Shown: piece after piece, positions 18,432 to 28,152 of the stretch | Numbering within the stretch: the stretch's first letter is position 1 | How the letters are laid out: the number at the start of each line of letters is the position of its first letter | Assembly: GCA_048937405.1 (NCBI GenBank) | Contig: JBHLNF010000006.1 | Coordinates: 128,001-192,000 of the forward strand | DNA: 64,000 nucleotides | Reading direction: 5' to 3' | Source of the DNA: Promethearchaeota archaeon | GTDB lineage: Archaea; Asgardarchaeota; Lokiarchaeia; Sigyniarchaeales; SOKP01 | Made by a program: the position numbers and the translations under genes | Notes under the pieces: generated by a model | What the model saw: only the letters and a program-made list of their open reading frames with translations | Told to the model about the DNA's origin: nothing | Database searches by the model: none

Positions 18432-18443
18432 TTCTATAAAATT

Positions 18444-18890
18444 ATGAATGGATTTAAAAAAGTGGAAGCGACAATCTTACTAATAGAAGATAATGCCGCC
18501 GATATTCATCTTACTAAAGAAGTTCTTCGAGAGAATAGTATTGTAAGTGAATTATATATTGTAAGAGATGGTGTTGAAGCAATTGATTTTTTAAAGAAAC
18601 AAGGGAAATATTCAAATGTAAATAGACCAAATTTAATTCTTTTGGACTTAAACTTACCCAAGAGAAATGGATTTTACGTATTGGAAAAGATTAAAGAAAA
18701 TGAAGAACTAAAAAGGATTCCAGTAGTCATTTTAACAATATCTGATGCTAAGGATGATCTAATAAAGGCGTATAATCTTCATGCCAATTGCTATGTGATT
18801 AAACCGTTAGAAATAAAAGAATTTTATAGAATTATTAATTCAATAGTGAATTTTTGGTTTACTATTGTAAAACAATATGAAGATGAATAA
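18444..18890 (+). CDS. Single-domain response regulator (Rcp1-like)
   Basis: ILLIEDN, LLDLNLPK, IPVVILT, AYNLHANCYVIKP. Confidence 0.92.
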   Translation: MNGFKKVEATILLIEDNAADIHLTKEVLRENSIVSELYIVRDGVEAIDFLKKQGKYSNVNRPNLILLDLNLPKRNGFYVLEKIKENEELKRIPVVILTISDAKDDLIKAYNLHANCYVIKPLEIKEFYRIINSIVNFWFTIVKQYEDE

Positions 18891-18967
18891 CTAAGAAAAA
18901 ATATAATTTCTTTCTAAAAGGTTCTTCCTTAAAAATAAAAATATGGAATAATCCTCTTTTTTTAATA

Positions 18968-19561
18968 CTAAGCAATTTTTATTGAAGGAGTAGATTTGTA
19001 TATATCTAAAAAACTTGAAACATGAATTTGAGGTTTTATTCCTTTTATGGTTTTAATTTTTAAATTTATAAAATTCCAGAGAGATCTTTCATCTTTGGCA
19101 ATGATTTGAGCTATGATATCATGATCTCCTGATGAAATCGCTATAAACTGGGTTTCTTCAAAAGAAGCAATCTTATTTGCAATATTCTTCATTTCTATAG
19201 GATCAACTTTGAGACCTATTAATGCTATTGTTTTGTAACCAACTTTTAGAGGATCTAAAATAGTATCTAATTGAGAAAATATTTCTTCTTCAAATATTTT
19301 TTTAACTCTATTATAAATTGTAAAAACAGATAGCTTTAACTTTTCTGATAATTTTCGATAAGAAATATCATTATTATTTTGCAAAACATTTAAGATTCTC
19401 TTATCTGTTTCATCTAAAGATTCACAATTCCAGCAGCGATTTTTTCGGTCATCATTAAAAATAATACCATGTTCTATTATATTCTCGTTACAAGTATGAC
19501 AAATTATTCTCCCTAAGGAATATTCTTTTTCACATTCAGGACAACTTACTATATTTATCAA
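18968..19561 (-). CDS. Lrp/AsnC regulator with N-terminal Cys-rich (Zn-ribbon) domain
   Basis: CPEC..CHTC..CWNC followed by an Lrp domain paralogous to 16154 (DPLKVGY, SSGDHD, HVSSF). Confidence 0.85.
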   Translation of the reverse strand: MINIVSCPECEKEYSLGRIICHTCNENIIEHGIIFNDDRKNRCWNCESLDETDKRILNVLQNNNDISYRKLSEKLKLSVFTIYNRVKKIFEEEIFSQLDTILDPLKVGYKTIALIGLKVDPIEMKNIANKIASFEETQFIAISSGDHDIIAQIIAKDERSLWNFINLKIKTIKGIKPQIHVSSFLDIYKSTPSIKIA

Positions 19562-19615
19562 CTCATCTCCAATTATTGATATTTAATACTATAAAACTCA
19601 TTTTTCATTAAAATC

Positions 19616-19628
19616 TGAATAAAATTCA
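19616..19628. promoter_or_regulatory. Palindrome TGAATAAAATTCA, candidate Lrp-family operator
   Basis: Same motif, upstream of Zn-ribbon-Lrp. Confidence 0.55.
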
Positions 19629-19705
19629 TTTTATTGTTTTTTCTAATTTTAAACTAATTTAGCTTTTCTAATATAATTTATAGATTTGATAATATATAAA
19701 TCTAT

Positions 19706-19718
19706 CGAAGTTTATTCG
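19706..19718. promoter_or_regulatory. Near-palindrome CGAAGTTTATTCG, candidate Lrp-family operator
   Basis: Same motif, one mismatch. Confidence 0.45.
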
Positions 19719-20002
19719 GGAAATAAGTTATATACCGTATATTCTTTATTGTTTAATCTCTAAAGAAATATATTATTCGTAGATTATGAAAATAAGATAG
19801 AAAGTTAATAAATATATCAAAAGAAAATTTATACCTGAAAATTAGATTTCATTAAATGTTAAATATAATTTAGGAGGATTTATTTTACTTATAAAGTCTA
19901 GAGTAAGTTATAGATTAAGTTCAACCTAATCCATCTTAAACTTAATTAGAACTCTATTTCTCCATAACATTATACTAAGAAAATTATAATAAATATTCTG
20001 TA

Positions 20003-20794
20003 TTAAATTACATAAATTATTAAAATTGAAAATATTCCAATTCCTATTGCGTATATTGGTATAAAATATTTCCAAATTTTATTAGGAAGAACTCTTACTA
20101 AGTAAGGAGCTGTAATAGCAGCGAAAAATCCTCCTGTAAATAATGATGGAAGAAGAACAAGATCTATACCAACACCAGCAAAGCTTATTAGAAAAAATGT
20201 GAAAATACCTAATATAGAGACAATAGATTCTGCAAAGGATACAATTGCAGTTGCACTCTTTTCATAAACTCCAGAAATTATTTGCCCCATTGTAATAACC
20301 GGTCCATATCCTCCTCCTCCTATCCCTTTATTGAATCCCGCCAATGCAGAAAAACCTATTAACATTTTTGGGCGTGATTTTAAATATTCTAATTTTCTTA
20401 ATTTTGATCCTAGAAAGCCGGATATACCCATGAAAATAACTAAAATTGCCACATATGTCTTGATTATTATAATAGGAAATTTAAGTGCATAATAACTAAG
20501 GATGATTGATGAGAAAATAGCAATACAACCAAAAAAAGCCATAATAAGTGAAATTTTAGAAGCGTCATTTAGCGGTCGAAATGAATATCGGATATTACTG
20601 AATTCATGATCAAAAATTGTATCGATTGCTCCTGTTATTGCCTCTGAAATTAAGATAGTTGGAACAACTTGAAGAGGAGAATAACCAAATATGAATAAAA
20701 GTGGTGATAAAGCTGTGCCAAATCCCATTCCCGCCATACTATCCATAGATTCAAAAATAAATGCAAGTAGAATGATACTTAATAGCAATTTCAT
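20003..20794 (-). CDS. TauE/SafE (TSUP) family permease
   Basis: DSMAGMGFGT, GIGGGGYGP, ~8 TM. Confidence 0.85.
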   Translation of the reverse strand: MKLLLSIILLAFIFESMDSMAGMGFGTALSPLLFIFGYSPLQVVPTILISEAITGAIDTIFDHEFSNIRYSFRPLNDASKISLIMAFFGCIAIFSSIILSYYALKFPIIIIKTYVAILVIFMGISGFLGSKLRKLEYLKSRPKMLIGFSALAGFNKGIGGGGYGPVITMGQIISGVYEKSATAIVSFAESIVSILGIFTFFLISFAGVGIDLVLLPSLFTGGFFAAITAPYLVRVLPNKIWKYFIPIYAIGIGIFSILIIYVI

Positions 20795-20806
20795 AGGATT
20801 CAGCCC

Positions 20807-20962
20807 TTATAATAAAAAGTAAAATAATATCATTGTTAAAATGTAACAAATGAAGGCGATAATAATTCTTTTAATTGAACGTTTTTCTATTTTTGCGCGT
20901 TCTAGAATAGATTTTTCATCTAATTCTCGCGCTTCCTTTCCAATTTCCCAATCTACTGTCAT
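20807..20962 (-). CDS. Small 51-aa protein with C-terminal TM helix (not in ORF track)
   Basis: MTVDWEIGKEARELDEKSILERAKIEKRSIKRIIIAFICYILTMILFYFLL, ends 12 bp before tauE. Confidence 0.6.
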   Translation of the reverse strand: MTVDWEIGKEARELDEKSILERAKIEKRSIKRIIIAFICYILTMILFYFLL

Positions 20963-21075
20963 TTTGAAGAATTTAATTATTTAATTAAATTTAGTTGTAT
21001 GTCATTATATATAATTACCTGTAATGAAGATATAATATTTAAAACTTATGTTTTATTAAAAAATATATTTTAGCT

Positions 21076-21088
21076 CGAATAATATTCG
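21076..21088. promoter_or_regulatory. Palindrome CGAATAATATTCG, candidate Lrp-family operator
   Basis: Same motif, in the divergent tauE/usp promoter. Confidence 0.55.
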
Positions 21089-21229
21089 GTGATTATCATT
21101 ATTAGCCGAACCTAATCCAGAATATTTAAATACTTTGTTTTATATTTATCATATGTCAAGAAAAGAAAAAAAAATAATTTAAAAAAAAAAATAATATTGA
21201 AATTTATTCAAAAAAAAGAGGTGAAAATT

Positions 21230-21691
21230 TTGTATAAAAAAATTTTGCTTGCTATAGATGATTCACCAAATTCATTAAGGGCAGTTGAAAGAGTAACTGA
21301 ACTTCTAAACTATTGGAATTGTAAGGTTATTATGATTCATTCAATCAAACATCCTACGAACATGGTACTTGAATCAGTTACTTTTCCCTCAGGGGGAGGT
21401 CTTTATTATGTTAGTGAACAAGAATTATTATATCATGCTAAAATGGAAGGGGAAAGATTATTATCAAGAATGACAGAAAAATTCCATGAAAAAAATTTAA
21501 ATGTTGAAACTCGAGTCATTACAGATGAGCATCCTAATGAATATATTGAAAGAGCAGTAAAAGACGAAGATATTGATTTAGTAGTAGTTGGCACGAAGGG
21601 AGTTCATTCAAAAATAAGACATATAATAATAGGGTCCATAGCACAGAAAGTTGTTAAACATACACCTTGTGATGTTTTAGTCGTTAGATAA
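21230..21691 (+). CDS. Universal stress protein (UspA family)
   Basis: YKKILLAIDDS, DLVVVGTKG, IIGSIAQKVVKHTPCDVLVVR; TTG start after GAGGTG. Confidence 0.92.
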   Translation: MYKKILLAIDDSPNSLRAVERVTELLNYWNCKVIMIHSIKHPTNMVLESVTFPSGGGLYYVSEQELLYHAKMEGERLLSRMTEKFHEKNLNVETRVITDEHPNEYIERAVKDEDIDLVVVGTKGVHSKIRHIIIGSIAQKVVKHTPCDVLVVR

Positions 21692-22026
21692 TTAAATTAA
21701 AAGGAAGTGAAATGAAATAACTAAAGATATTAAAAATTTTGATCAAATAATAAGAAAAAATTCCATCAGTTCTTATAAAGAGGCACAAATAGAAGAAGAT
21801 GAAAATTATATTATTTATACAATCAAAAAAGATTTTAAAAATTCTGTTACTCACTGGCAATGTAAAAAAAAGATAAGCAAATTGAAACAAATTCTGCAGA
21901 ATAAAATGTGAGTTTATTATAGTTTTTATACATATCCAATCCCCATTTATCATAGTAAGGAGCAAAATTTCACGTTTTGATGCTTTTTAGTTTTTATACA
22001 AAATTTATTATATTAAAAAAAAGGAG

Positions 22027-22326
22027 GTGGGAAAAAAAATGTTGGAAATAAATCAATTGGAAATCATTGAAATGTCTGAAAATCTTAAGTTAAAGATAGA
22101 AGAATTTTATCAACATTTATTAAATAGTTATTTTCCTTTTGATGCTTTATGTTGGGCTCTAGCAGAACTTGAATTAATTTTTGAATATGGTCCTAGAAAA
22201 TATTCTGAAAAAGATGTAATAAAAAGAGCTGAGAAAATTCTTAGCTCAGATATTAACTATAACTCTCTGTGCTTACTTATTTCGCGTTTTAAAGCATACC
22301 TCGAAGTAATTAAATTATATCCTTAA
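22027..22326 (+). CDS. Hypothetical protein
   Basis: AGGAGG upstream, typical codon usage; internal LCW/LCL repeat. Confidence 0.7.
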   Translation: MGKKMLEINQLEIIEMSENLKLKIEEFYQHLLNSYFPFDALCWALAELELIFEYGPRKYSEKDVIKRAEKILSSDINYNSLCLLISRFKAYLEVIKLYP

Positions 22327-22360
22327 TTAGTATCAATTTATAACAATTTGTGGTGATTTT

Positions 22361-22744
22361 ATGATTGAAGTATTTAATAAACATAATAAAAAGATTGGAT
22401 TTATAGAGAATAAAAAATTCTTTGATAAAAAGCATAAACTAATAGGTTATTTAGATGGAGATATCTTAAAAAATAAGTCTGGTAATCCTATTCTTAGATT
22501 AGATAATCATGATGACATTTTTATAGACAATGAACAAATAGGCTTTATATACAATTCTAAAGTATTTTTTAGGGAACAACCTGTATTTGAAATCCTTAAA
22601 GAAAAAAGAAAGATTTATACTACAGATAAAAAGAACATCTTAAGTTTAACACAGAATCATGAAGTAATTGATATGATAGAGCTTTTAGCTCTAGCAACTC
22701 TTTTTCTTAAATCAAATTGGGTAAATGCTATGATTAGGTATTAA
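22361..22744 (+). CDS. Hypothetical beta-rich repeat protein
   Basis: GGTGA SD; repeated IG(F/Y)(I/L) beta-hairpin units. Confidence 0.7.
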   Translation: MIEVFNKHNKKIGFIENKKFFDKKHKLIGYLDGDILKNKSGNPILRLDNHDDIFIDNEQIGFIYNSKVFFREQPVFEILKEKRKIYTTDKKNILSLTQNHEVIDMIELLALATLFLKSNWVNAMIRY

Positions 22745-22799
22745 AAAAAAATAATAATTTTTTTTTATTATTTCTATAAAAAATTAAATTAATTCATAA

Positions 22800-23654
22800 T
22801 TATGTAGGAAATTTGAGCTTATCTAAGGCTATCTCGAAATCTTTCTCTTTTTTTATGAGGACACCGAGAAAAGGCACCCCTTGCTTTAATTCTTCTATGC
22901 TAATGCCACTTTTTAGCAATACGCCAATCCAATCAAGAAGTTCTGAAGTTGATGGCATTTTTCTTAATTTCGTTATAGTTCGTAATGCATAGAAATGTTT
23001 TAAACATTGGTTTAAAAGATTTTCTTTTAAGTCTGGATAATGCAATTTACATATCTCTGCCATAAATTCTTTTGAGGGAAACTCTATCCAGTGAAATACA
23101 CATCTTCTTAAAAAAGCATCTGGGAGTTCCTTCTCATTATTAGAAGTAATAATTACAATAGGTCTGGTATTAGCTTTCACAAATTCCTTGGTTTCTTTAA
23201 TATAAAATTCCATTACATCTAATTCTTGTAGAAGATCATTGGGAAACTCAATATCTGCTTTATCAATCTCATCTAATAATAGTACAACTTGTTCTTCAGA
23301 CTCAAATGCTTCACCCAAAGGACCTAAAGTTATATAATCATGAATGTTGTCAACATCTCGATCTTCACATCCGAATCGACTATCATTCAATCTTTGAACT
23401 GTATCATACATATAACACCCATCAATTGCTTCAGTTGTACTTTTAATATTCCAAATGATTAATTTCTTTCCCAAGCTTTCAGCAATAGCATGGGCAAGCA
23501 TTGTTTTTCCTGTTCCTGGTTCTCCTTTGACTAACAAAGGTCTTGCAAGAGCTATTGCCACATTAACTATATTTTTAAGTTGTGGATCTGCAAGATATTT
23601 GATATTCTCAGTTTTAACGTCTCCTTGAAATTTATTAAAACCCATATTACTCAT
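22800..23654 (-). CDS. MoxR-family AAA+ ATPase
   Basis: GEPGTGKT, LLLDEIDKAD, ITSNNEKELPDAFLRRC. Confidence 0.92.
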   Translation of the reverse strand: MSNMGFNKFQGDVKTENIKYLADPQLKNIVNVAIALARPLLVKGEPGTGKTMLAHAIAESLGKKLIIWNIKSTTEAIDGCYMYDTVQRLNDSRFGCEDRDVDNIHDYITLGPLGEAFESEEQVVLLLDEIDKADIEFPNDLLQELDVMEFYIKETKEFVKANTRPIVIITSNNEKELPDAFLRRCVFHWIEFPSKEFMAEICKLHYPDLKENLLNQCLKHFYALRTITKLRKMPSTSELLDWIGVLLKSGISIEELKQGVPFLGVLIKKEKDFEIALDKLKFPT

Positions 23655-23833
23655 AATTAACTGAAATTATTTTAAAATTAAATATTTTTTCAAATACTTA
23701 TTATCTATTTCAATTGAAAAAGTAATTTATTGAATCTTATGAGACAAAACAACGGGGAATAACTAAAACTTATGATTTTTTATTTATTTGCTAAAATTTA
23801 AAAACTCTCATTTGATTATAGTTTTGAGGAGAC

Positions 23834-24469
23834 ATGAATAATAACGACGACTCGACATTAATAAATATGATATGTCCCTATTGTAAAGAAAGCTTTCAAA
23901 AACAAGTAGATTATCAGAAAAAAACGGGTCTCTTTACAATTTTAATAAAAAATCATTCTGATGATAGTGAATGCCCTCCTTTTATTGCTTTTATTGACAA
24001 TAACGGAAAACATCGAGGGTCTCAAAAGATAGATGACGTTGGTGCTGAAGAAGAACTTTCTATCAATGGTCAATTCCTTGAAGCTGCTCGAACTAGGATA
24101 AATGAATTATCAAATGATATTAGATTTTACCATCTAAAGGTACCTCGGAAAGGAGGAAGAGGATTTGAGCATAAGGTTGCTAGTGTTTCAGATAGACCTT
24201 TTATGAGTTCTAGAATATATAAATTGATTGTAGATTTTTTAACTGCCTATGAAGAGGATACTACTTTTGGTACAATCACCATTGAAAAAAATACGATTTT
24301 TGAAGGTGGAGTATTAGTATATGGAAAATATCTTGGATTAATCTATACATTATTCTGGAAAGAACAAAAAGATATTTTAAACAAGACTATAGATGATTTG
24401 AAAGCAGAAGCTAATCTCACAGTAGAAAAACTTATAGAATTATATGATATAATGGATTTCTTTTTTTAG
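23834..24469 (+). CDS. Hypothetical protein with N-terminal CxxC..H..C metal-binding motif
   Basis: CPYC...NH.....C; GAGGAG SD. Confidence 0.7.
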   Translation: MNNNDDSTLINMICPYCKESFQKQVDYQKKTGLFTILIKNHSDDSECPPFIAFIDNNGKHRGSQKIDDVGAEEELSINGQFLEAARTRINELSNDIRFYHLKVPRKGGRGFEHKVASVSDRPFMSSRIYKLIVDFLTAYEEDTTFGTITIEKNTIFEGGVLVYGKYLGLIYTLFWKEQKDILNKTIDDLKAEANLTVEKLIELYDIMDFFF

Positions 24470-24659
24470 ATATTTTGCTATAACTAATTTTTATTAAGAA
24501 TTTTATATTCCAACAAATCCTCTTAAGTAAATTGTTAATAATATTTCCTATCTATAAAATATAATAGAAACTAATTTTTACCAATCCTCATCAAATGATC
24601 GTAGCTTTTCGATTTTTAAAAATTGAAATATATTAGAATAACATTAAGAGAGAAAAATT

Positions 24660-25034
24660 ATGTCAAAAGAAAATGAAATATTAGAAGAATTAAAGAAGAT
24701 CCGTGAACTTTTAACTCCTAAACCAGAACCAGAACTAAAGAAACCTAAGAATCTAGCAGAAGAATTTTTACAGTTTATTAAGAAGTATAAAGTCCTTGGG
24801 ATAGCTTCAGCATTTATCATAGGACTTGCTATAAATGCATTAATAATGTCATTAGCAGAGGATATAATAACACCAATCATAGGTATTTTCATCCCAAATT
24901 TTGAAGATATTAAAGATCTTAAAGTAGATGTATTTGCTGTAGGAAATTTTATTGCAGCTGTCATTAATTTCTTAATTATTGCATTTATTATGTTTCTAAT
25001 AATTAAGTATGCCGCTAAAATAGGGATAGAATAA
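24660..25034 (+). CDS. mscL: Large-conductance mechanosensitive channel
   Basis: EEFLQFIKKYKVLGIASAFIIG, DIITPIIG, GNFIAAVINFLIIAF. Confidence 0.88.
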   Translation: MSKENEILEELKKIRELLTPKPEPELKKPKNLAEEFLQFIKKYKVLGIASAFIIGLAINALIMSLAEDIITPIIGIFIPNFEDIKDLKVDVFAVGNFIAAVINFLIIAFIMFLIIKYAAKIGIE

Positions 25035-25139
25035 CTAATAAATTACAGAAGTTACTATTTAAATTTTTTTTTTCTAATTTAGGAAAACGTAAGAATAAAT
25101 GGAAAAAGAAATTAAATTTAGTTATATATATAATAGAAG

Positions 25140-26324
25140 TTAATCTCTCTGTCCTAATACAGTAGTAGAGCAAACACTGAAGGCACCCCCAAGATTATGA
25201 CATAACCCTAATTTAGCATTTGGAACTTGTCTTCCTTCTGCACGTCCTTGTAGTTGTTTGGTAATTTCTGTTAGCATTCGACAACCTGTAGAGCCAATTG
25301 GATGTCCAAAAGATTTCAATCCCCCCGATGGATTAATAGCCGTTTCTCCATCCCAATTAAATGTTCCATTTTTTAATTCTTCTGCAGCTTGACCACGATC
25401 ACAGAATTTTAAATCTTGACAATTTATTAATTCTGTAATTGTAAAGCAATCATGAACTTCTGCACAATCAATTTCTTTCCGAGGATTCATAACACCTGCT
25501 TCTTTATAAGCATATTCAGCGGCTTTAACAGTTGCGGGAAAACTGGTAAAATCTGCTCCTGGACCATTGGGAGGTATATACCATGGAAAGTTAGTTCTAC
25601 ATGATATTGAATTTGCTTTTACTAGGATATAATCATCTGCGTGAGCATAACTTTCAGCTAATTCTGGTCTAGTTAAAATAAGAGCCGCTGCTCCATCACT
25701 CATAGCACAACAATCAAAACGACCGAGAGGATCTGCAATCATAGGTGCTTTCATTGCTTGATCAATTGTTATTTTACTTCTAAAATGAGCTTTGGGATGT
25801 TCAGCACCATTTTCATGGTTTTTAACAGCAACCCTAGCCAAATCTTCTTTAGTCCATCCATATTCATGAAAAGATCTTGTTGCGGCCATAGAAAACATAG
25901 CTGGTGCAGATGGCATAGGATATAAGGGATGTCCAAACTGTGTGAAACCTGGAAGCCCACTCCCTCCTTCATCCATCAATTTTTCTACTCCACATGCAAG
26001 TACGATATCATAAGCACCTGAAGCAACAGCAAAGGATGCATTTCTAAAGGCATCCATCCCACTAGCACAATAATTTTCAACTCTAGTTGCAGGTTTACCA
26101 TCCATTCTTAAAATATCCTCCACCATAGCACCTGAAAGTCCCGTGAAGTAGTAAAAAATTCCAATCCATGTACTATCAATATCATCTTTAGTAATTCCTG
26201 CATCTTTTGTAGCACTTTGAACTGCTTCAAAAAGCAAATCATATTGATTTTTATCCCATAATTCACCATATTTAGTCATATCACAACCAATTATGGCAAC
26301 TTTATCTTTTATCCCTTTTCGCAC
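25140..26324 (-). CDS. Thiolase (SCP2/archaeal type)
   Basis: VENYCASG, EVHDCFT, NPSGGL..GHPIG, HNLGG. Confidence 0.92.
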   Translation of the reverse strand: MRKGIKDKVAIIGCDMTKYGELWDKNQYDLLFEAVQSATKDAGITKDDIDSTWIGIFYYFTGLSGAMVEDILRMDGKPATRVENYCASGMDAFRNASFAVASGAYDIVLACGVEKLMDEGGSGLPGFTQFGHPLYPMPSAPAMFSMAATRSFHEYGWTKEDLARVAVKNHENGAEHPKAHFRSKITIDQAMKAPMIADPLGRFDCCAMSDGAAALILTRPELAESYAHADDYILVKANSISCRTNFPWYIPPNGPGADFTSFPATVKAAEYAYKEAGVMNPRKEIDCAEVHDCFTITELINCQDLKFCDRGQAAEELKNGTFNWDGETAINPSGGLKSFGHPIGSTGCRMLTEITKQLQGRAEGRQVPNAKLGLCHNLGGAFSVCSTTVLGQRD

Positions 26325-26338
26325 TTATTTTCACCTCT

Positions 26339-27778
26339 TTATGGTCTCCCCCTCTCAGGTCGACATTTCCAATAATAATTTTTAAATTGTGCTCCTTCAT
26401 GCTCTTTTCTAAATGTCATTTCAACTCTCATACCTATTTGAACGTTTTCTTCTGGTTTATCTATTTCTGTCATGTTTAGGAGGACTCTTCCTCCACTATC
26501 TAAATCAATTACGCATCGAGGAACAGGTGTATTTGAGTATGTTCCACCAACTAAATGATCTAAAGTATAAGTAAAGATACTACCTTTTAATGAGAGTTTT
26601 ACTCTTTCAAACTGATCATCTGCTCTACATACATAACACGAACGCAACATATCAGGATATTGAACTGCTCCACAATTTTTACATTTTATTCCATACCATT
26701 TATATACTGATGCTGTATCACGCCAAATTGTAACTATAGAACTTTTTCTTATATATCTCTCCTTTTCAAGGATTTCCTTAAAGTCAAGGTACTTATTGTA
26801 ATTTTTTAGAGATGCCATAGATTTTTGGTGTCCAATTAAGCCCATTCGAGTTTTTCCAAGATTTCTCAGAGCATCTCTATTCTGTACTTGCATTAATATT
26901 GCATCTGCTCCATCACCGAAACCGGTCATAAGGATTTTTGCTTCTGGCTTTGGCCTTCTTAAAGCTCCAATTAATAAGATAAATGGCATTGGAGTTCCTA
27001 AATCACCAAGCTGGAAAAACACACTATTTTGGGCTACACCACCAGCAAATTTCATTAATTTTGAAACAGTACTATGCATTCTAGGATTGTTATAATAATA
27101 TGCTGCTGCACTAATATCTTCAGGTTTTAAATTATTTCTTTTTAAAATTTCAGACATCACTTTTGTAATACTCTCAAAATAGAATTTAGTATCCATTTTT
27201 ACCTCAAATGTTCTAATAAATTTGTCCTTATCTGTTCTTTTCCATGGTCCAGTAACATTTGCAGAGATAGAATAATAATCATCAATTGATAAAGGAAGGT
27301 TCTCATCCTCAGCAATAAGTAATGCTGCTGCTCCATCAGCAAATCCATATTCCCACATGGTTGATGGTTCTGGAACCCGAGTATCGGCTGCAACTACTAA
27401 AATACTTTTGATATCTTTATTAGCTTTAATAGTATCAACTGCGCGCGCTACTGCAGTTGTTCCTGCCTTTAATGAATCCGTAAAATCAGCTGTAATAATC
27501 TCTTCCCTCATATCAAGTATCGTGGCAATTAAAGAAGCAGAATCTTTTTCTGTATACACTTGGGTTGTCGACGCAAAAAATAAGCCATCAACTGTTTTTG
27601 GATCAAATCCTATTAAACAATCTAATCCAGCTTCTACAGACATAGTAAGACTATCTTCATCTGCCATAGCGACTGATTTTGTACCTGGAACAATCGGGAA
27701 ATCCCATGCTTTACCAATAAATTCCCTCGGTAAAAGATATTTAGGTAAATACACTCCATATGATTTAATTCCAATCAT
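26339..27778 (-). CDS. HMG-CoA synthase-like domain fused to DUF35 (Zn-ribbon/OB fold)
   Basis: GIKSYGVYLP, DEDSLTM, GFGDGADA; C-terminal CKNCG..YP...C..C and OB fold. Confidence 0.88.
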   Translation of the reverse strand: MIGIKSYGVYLPKYLLPREFIGKAWDFPIVPGTKSVAMADEDSLTMSVEAGLDCLIGFDPKTVDGLFFASTTQVYTEKDSASLIATILDMREEIITADFTDSLKAGTTAVARAVDTIKANKDIKSILVVAADTRVPEPSTMWEYGFADGAAALLIAEDENLPLSIDDYYSISANVTGPWKRTDKDKFIRTFEVKMDTKFYFESITKVMSEILKRNNLKPEDISAAAYYYNNPRMHSTVSKLMKFAGGVAQNSVFFQLGDLGTPMPFILLIGALRRPKPEAKILMTGFGDGADAILMQVQNRDALRNLGKTRMGLIGHQKSMASLKNYNKYLDFKEILEKERYIRKSSIVTIWRDTASVYKWYGIKCKNCGAVQYPDMLRSCYVCRADDQFERVKLSLKGSIFTYTLDHLVGGTYSNTPVPRCVIDLDSGGRVLLNMTEIDKPEENVQIGMRVEMTFRKEHEGAQFKNYYWKCRPERGRP

Positions 27779-28152
27779 TTTTATATTTTTTTCCCTTTTG
27801 TTAAATTTATATTTAATTTATAAATTTATGATATACATAAATTTGTATACATCAAGTTAAATATATTTCTTATAATTTTAATTAGAAAATGAACTGAAAA
27901 ATATTATTTTAGAAAACATCTAATTGTATGTTATATTTACAAATAGATTTTAAGCTTATTTGAGTTTAATTTAATCAAGCATTTCTCTAAAAGGCTAAAA
28001 TCTTTTTTCAGGTATAGTTATTATAGGTATAAAATCTGTTTTTCCAAAATCATCAAATATTTTTTACTCAAATTTTTTAAGAGCTCCAAAAAACTTAAAA
28101 CACAAATAAATATTTTATTTTATGTAAAAATATTAAAGAGTGTGAAAAACAG

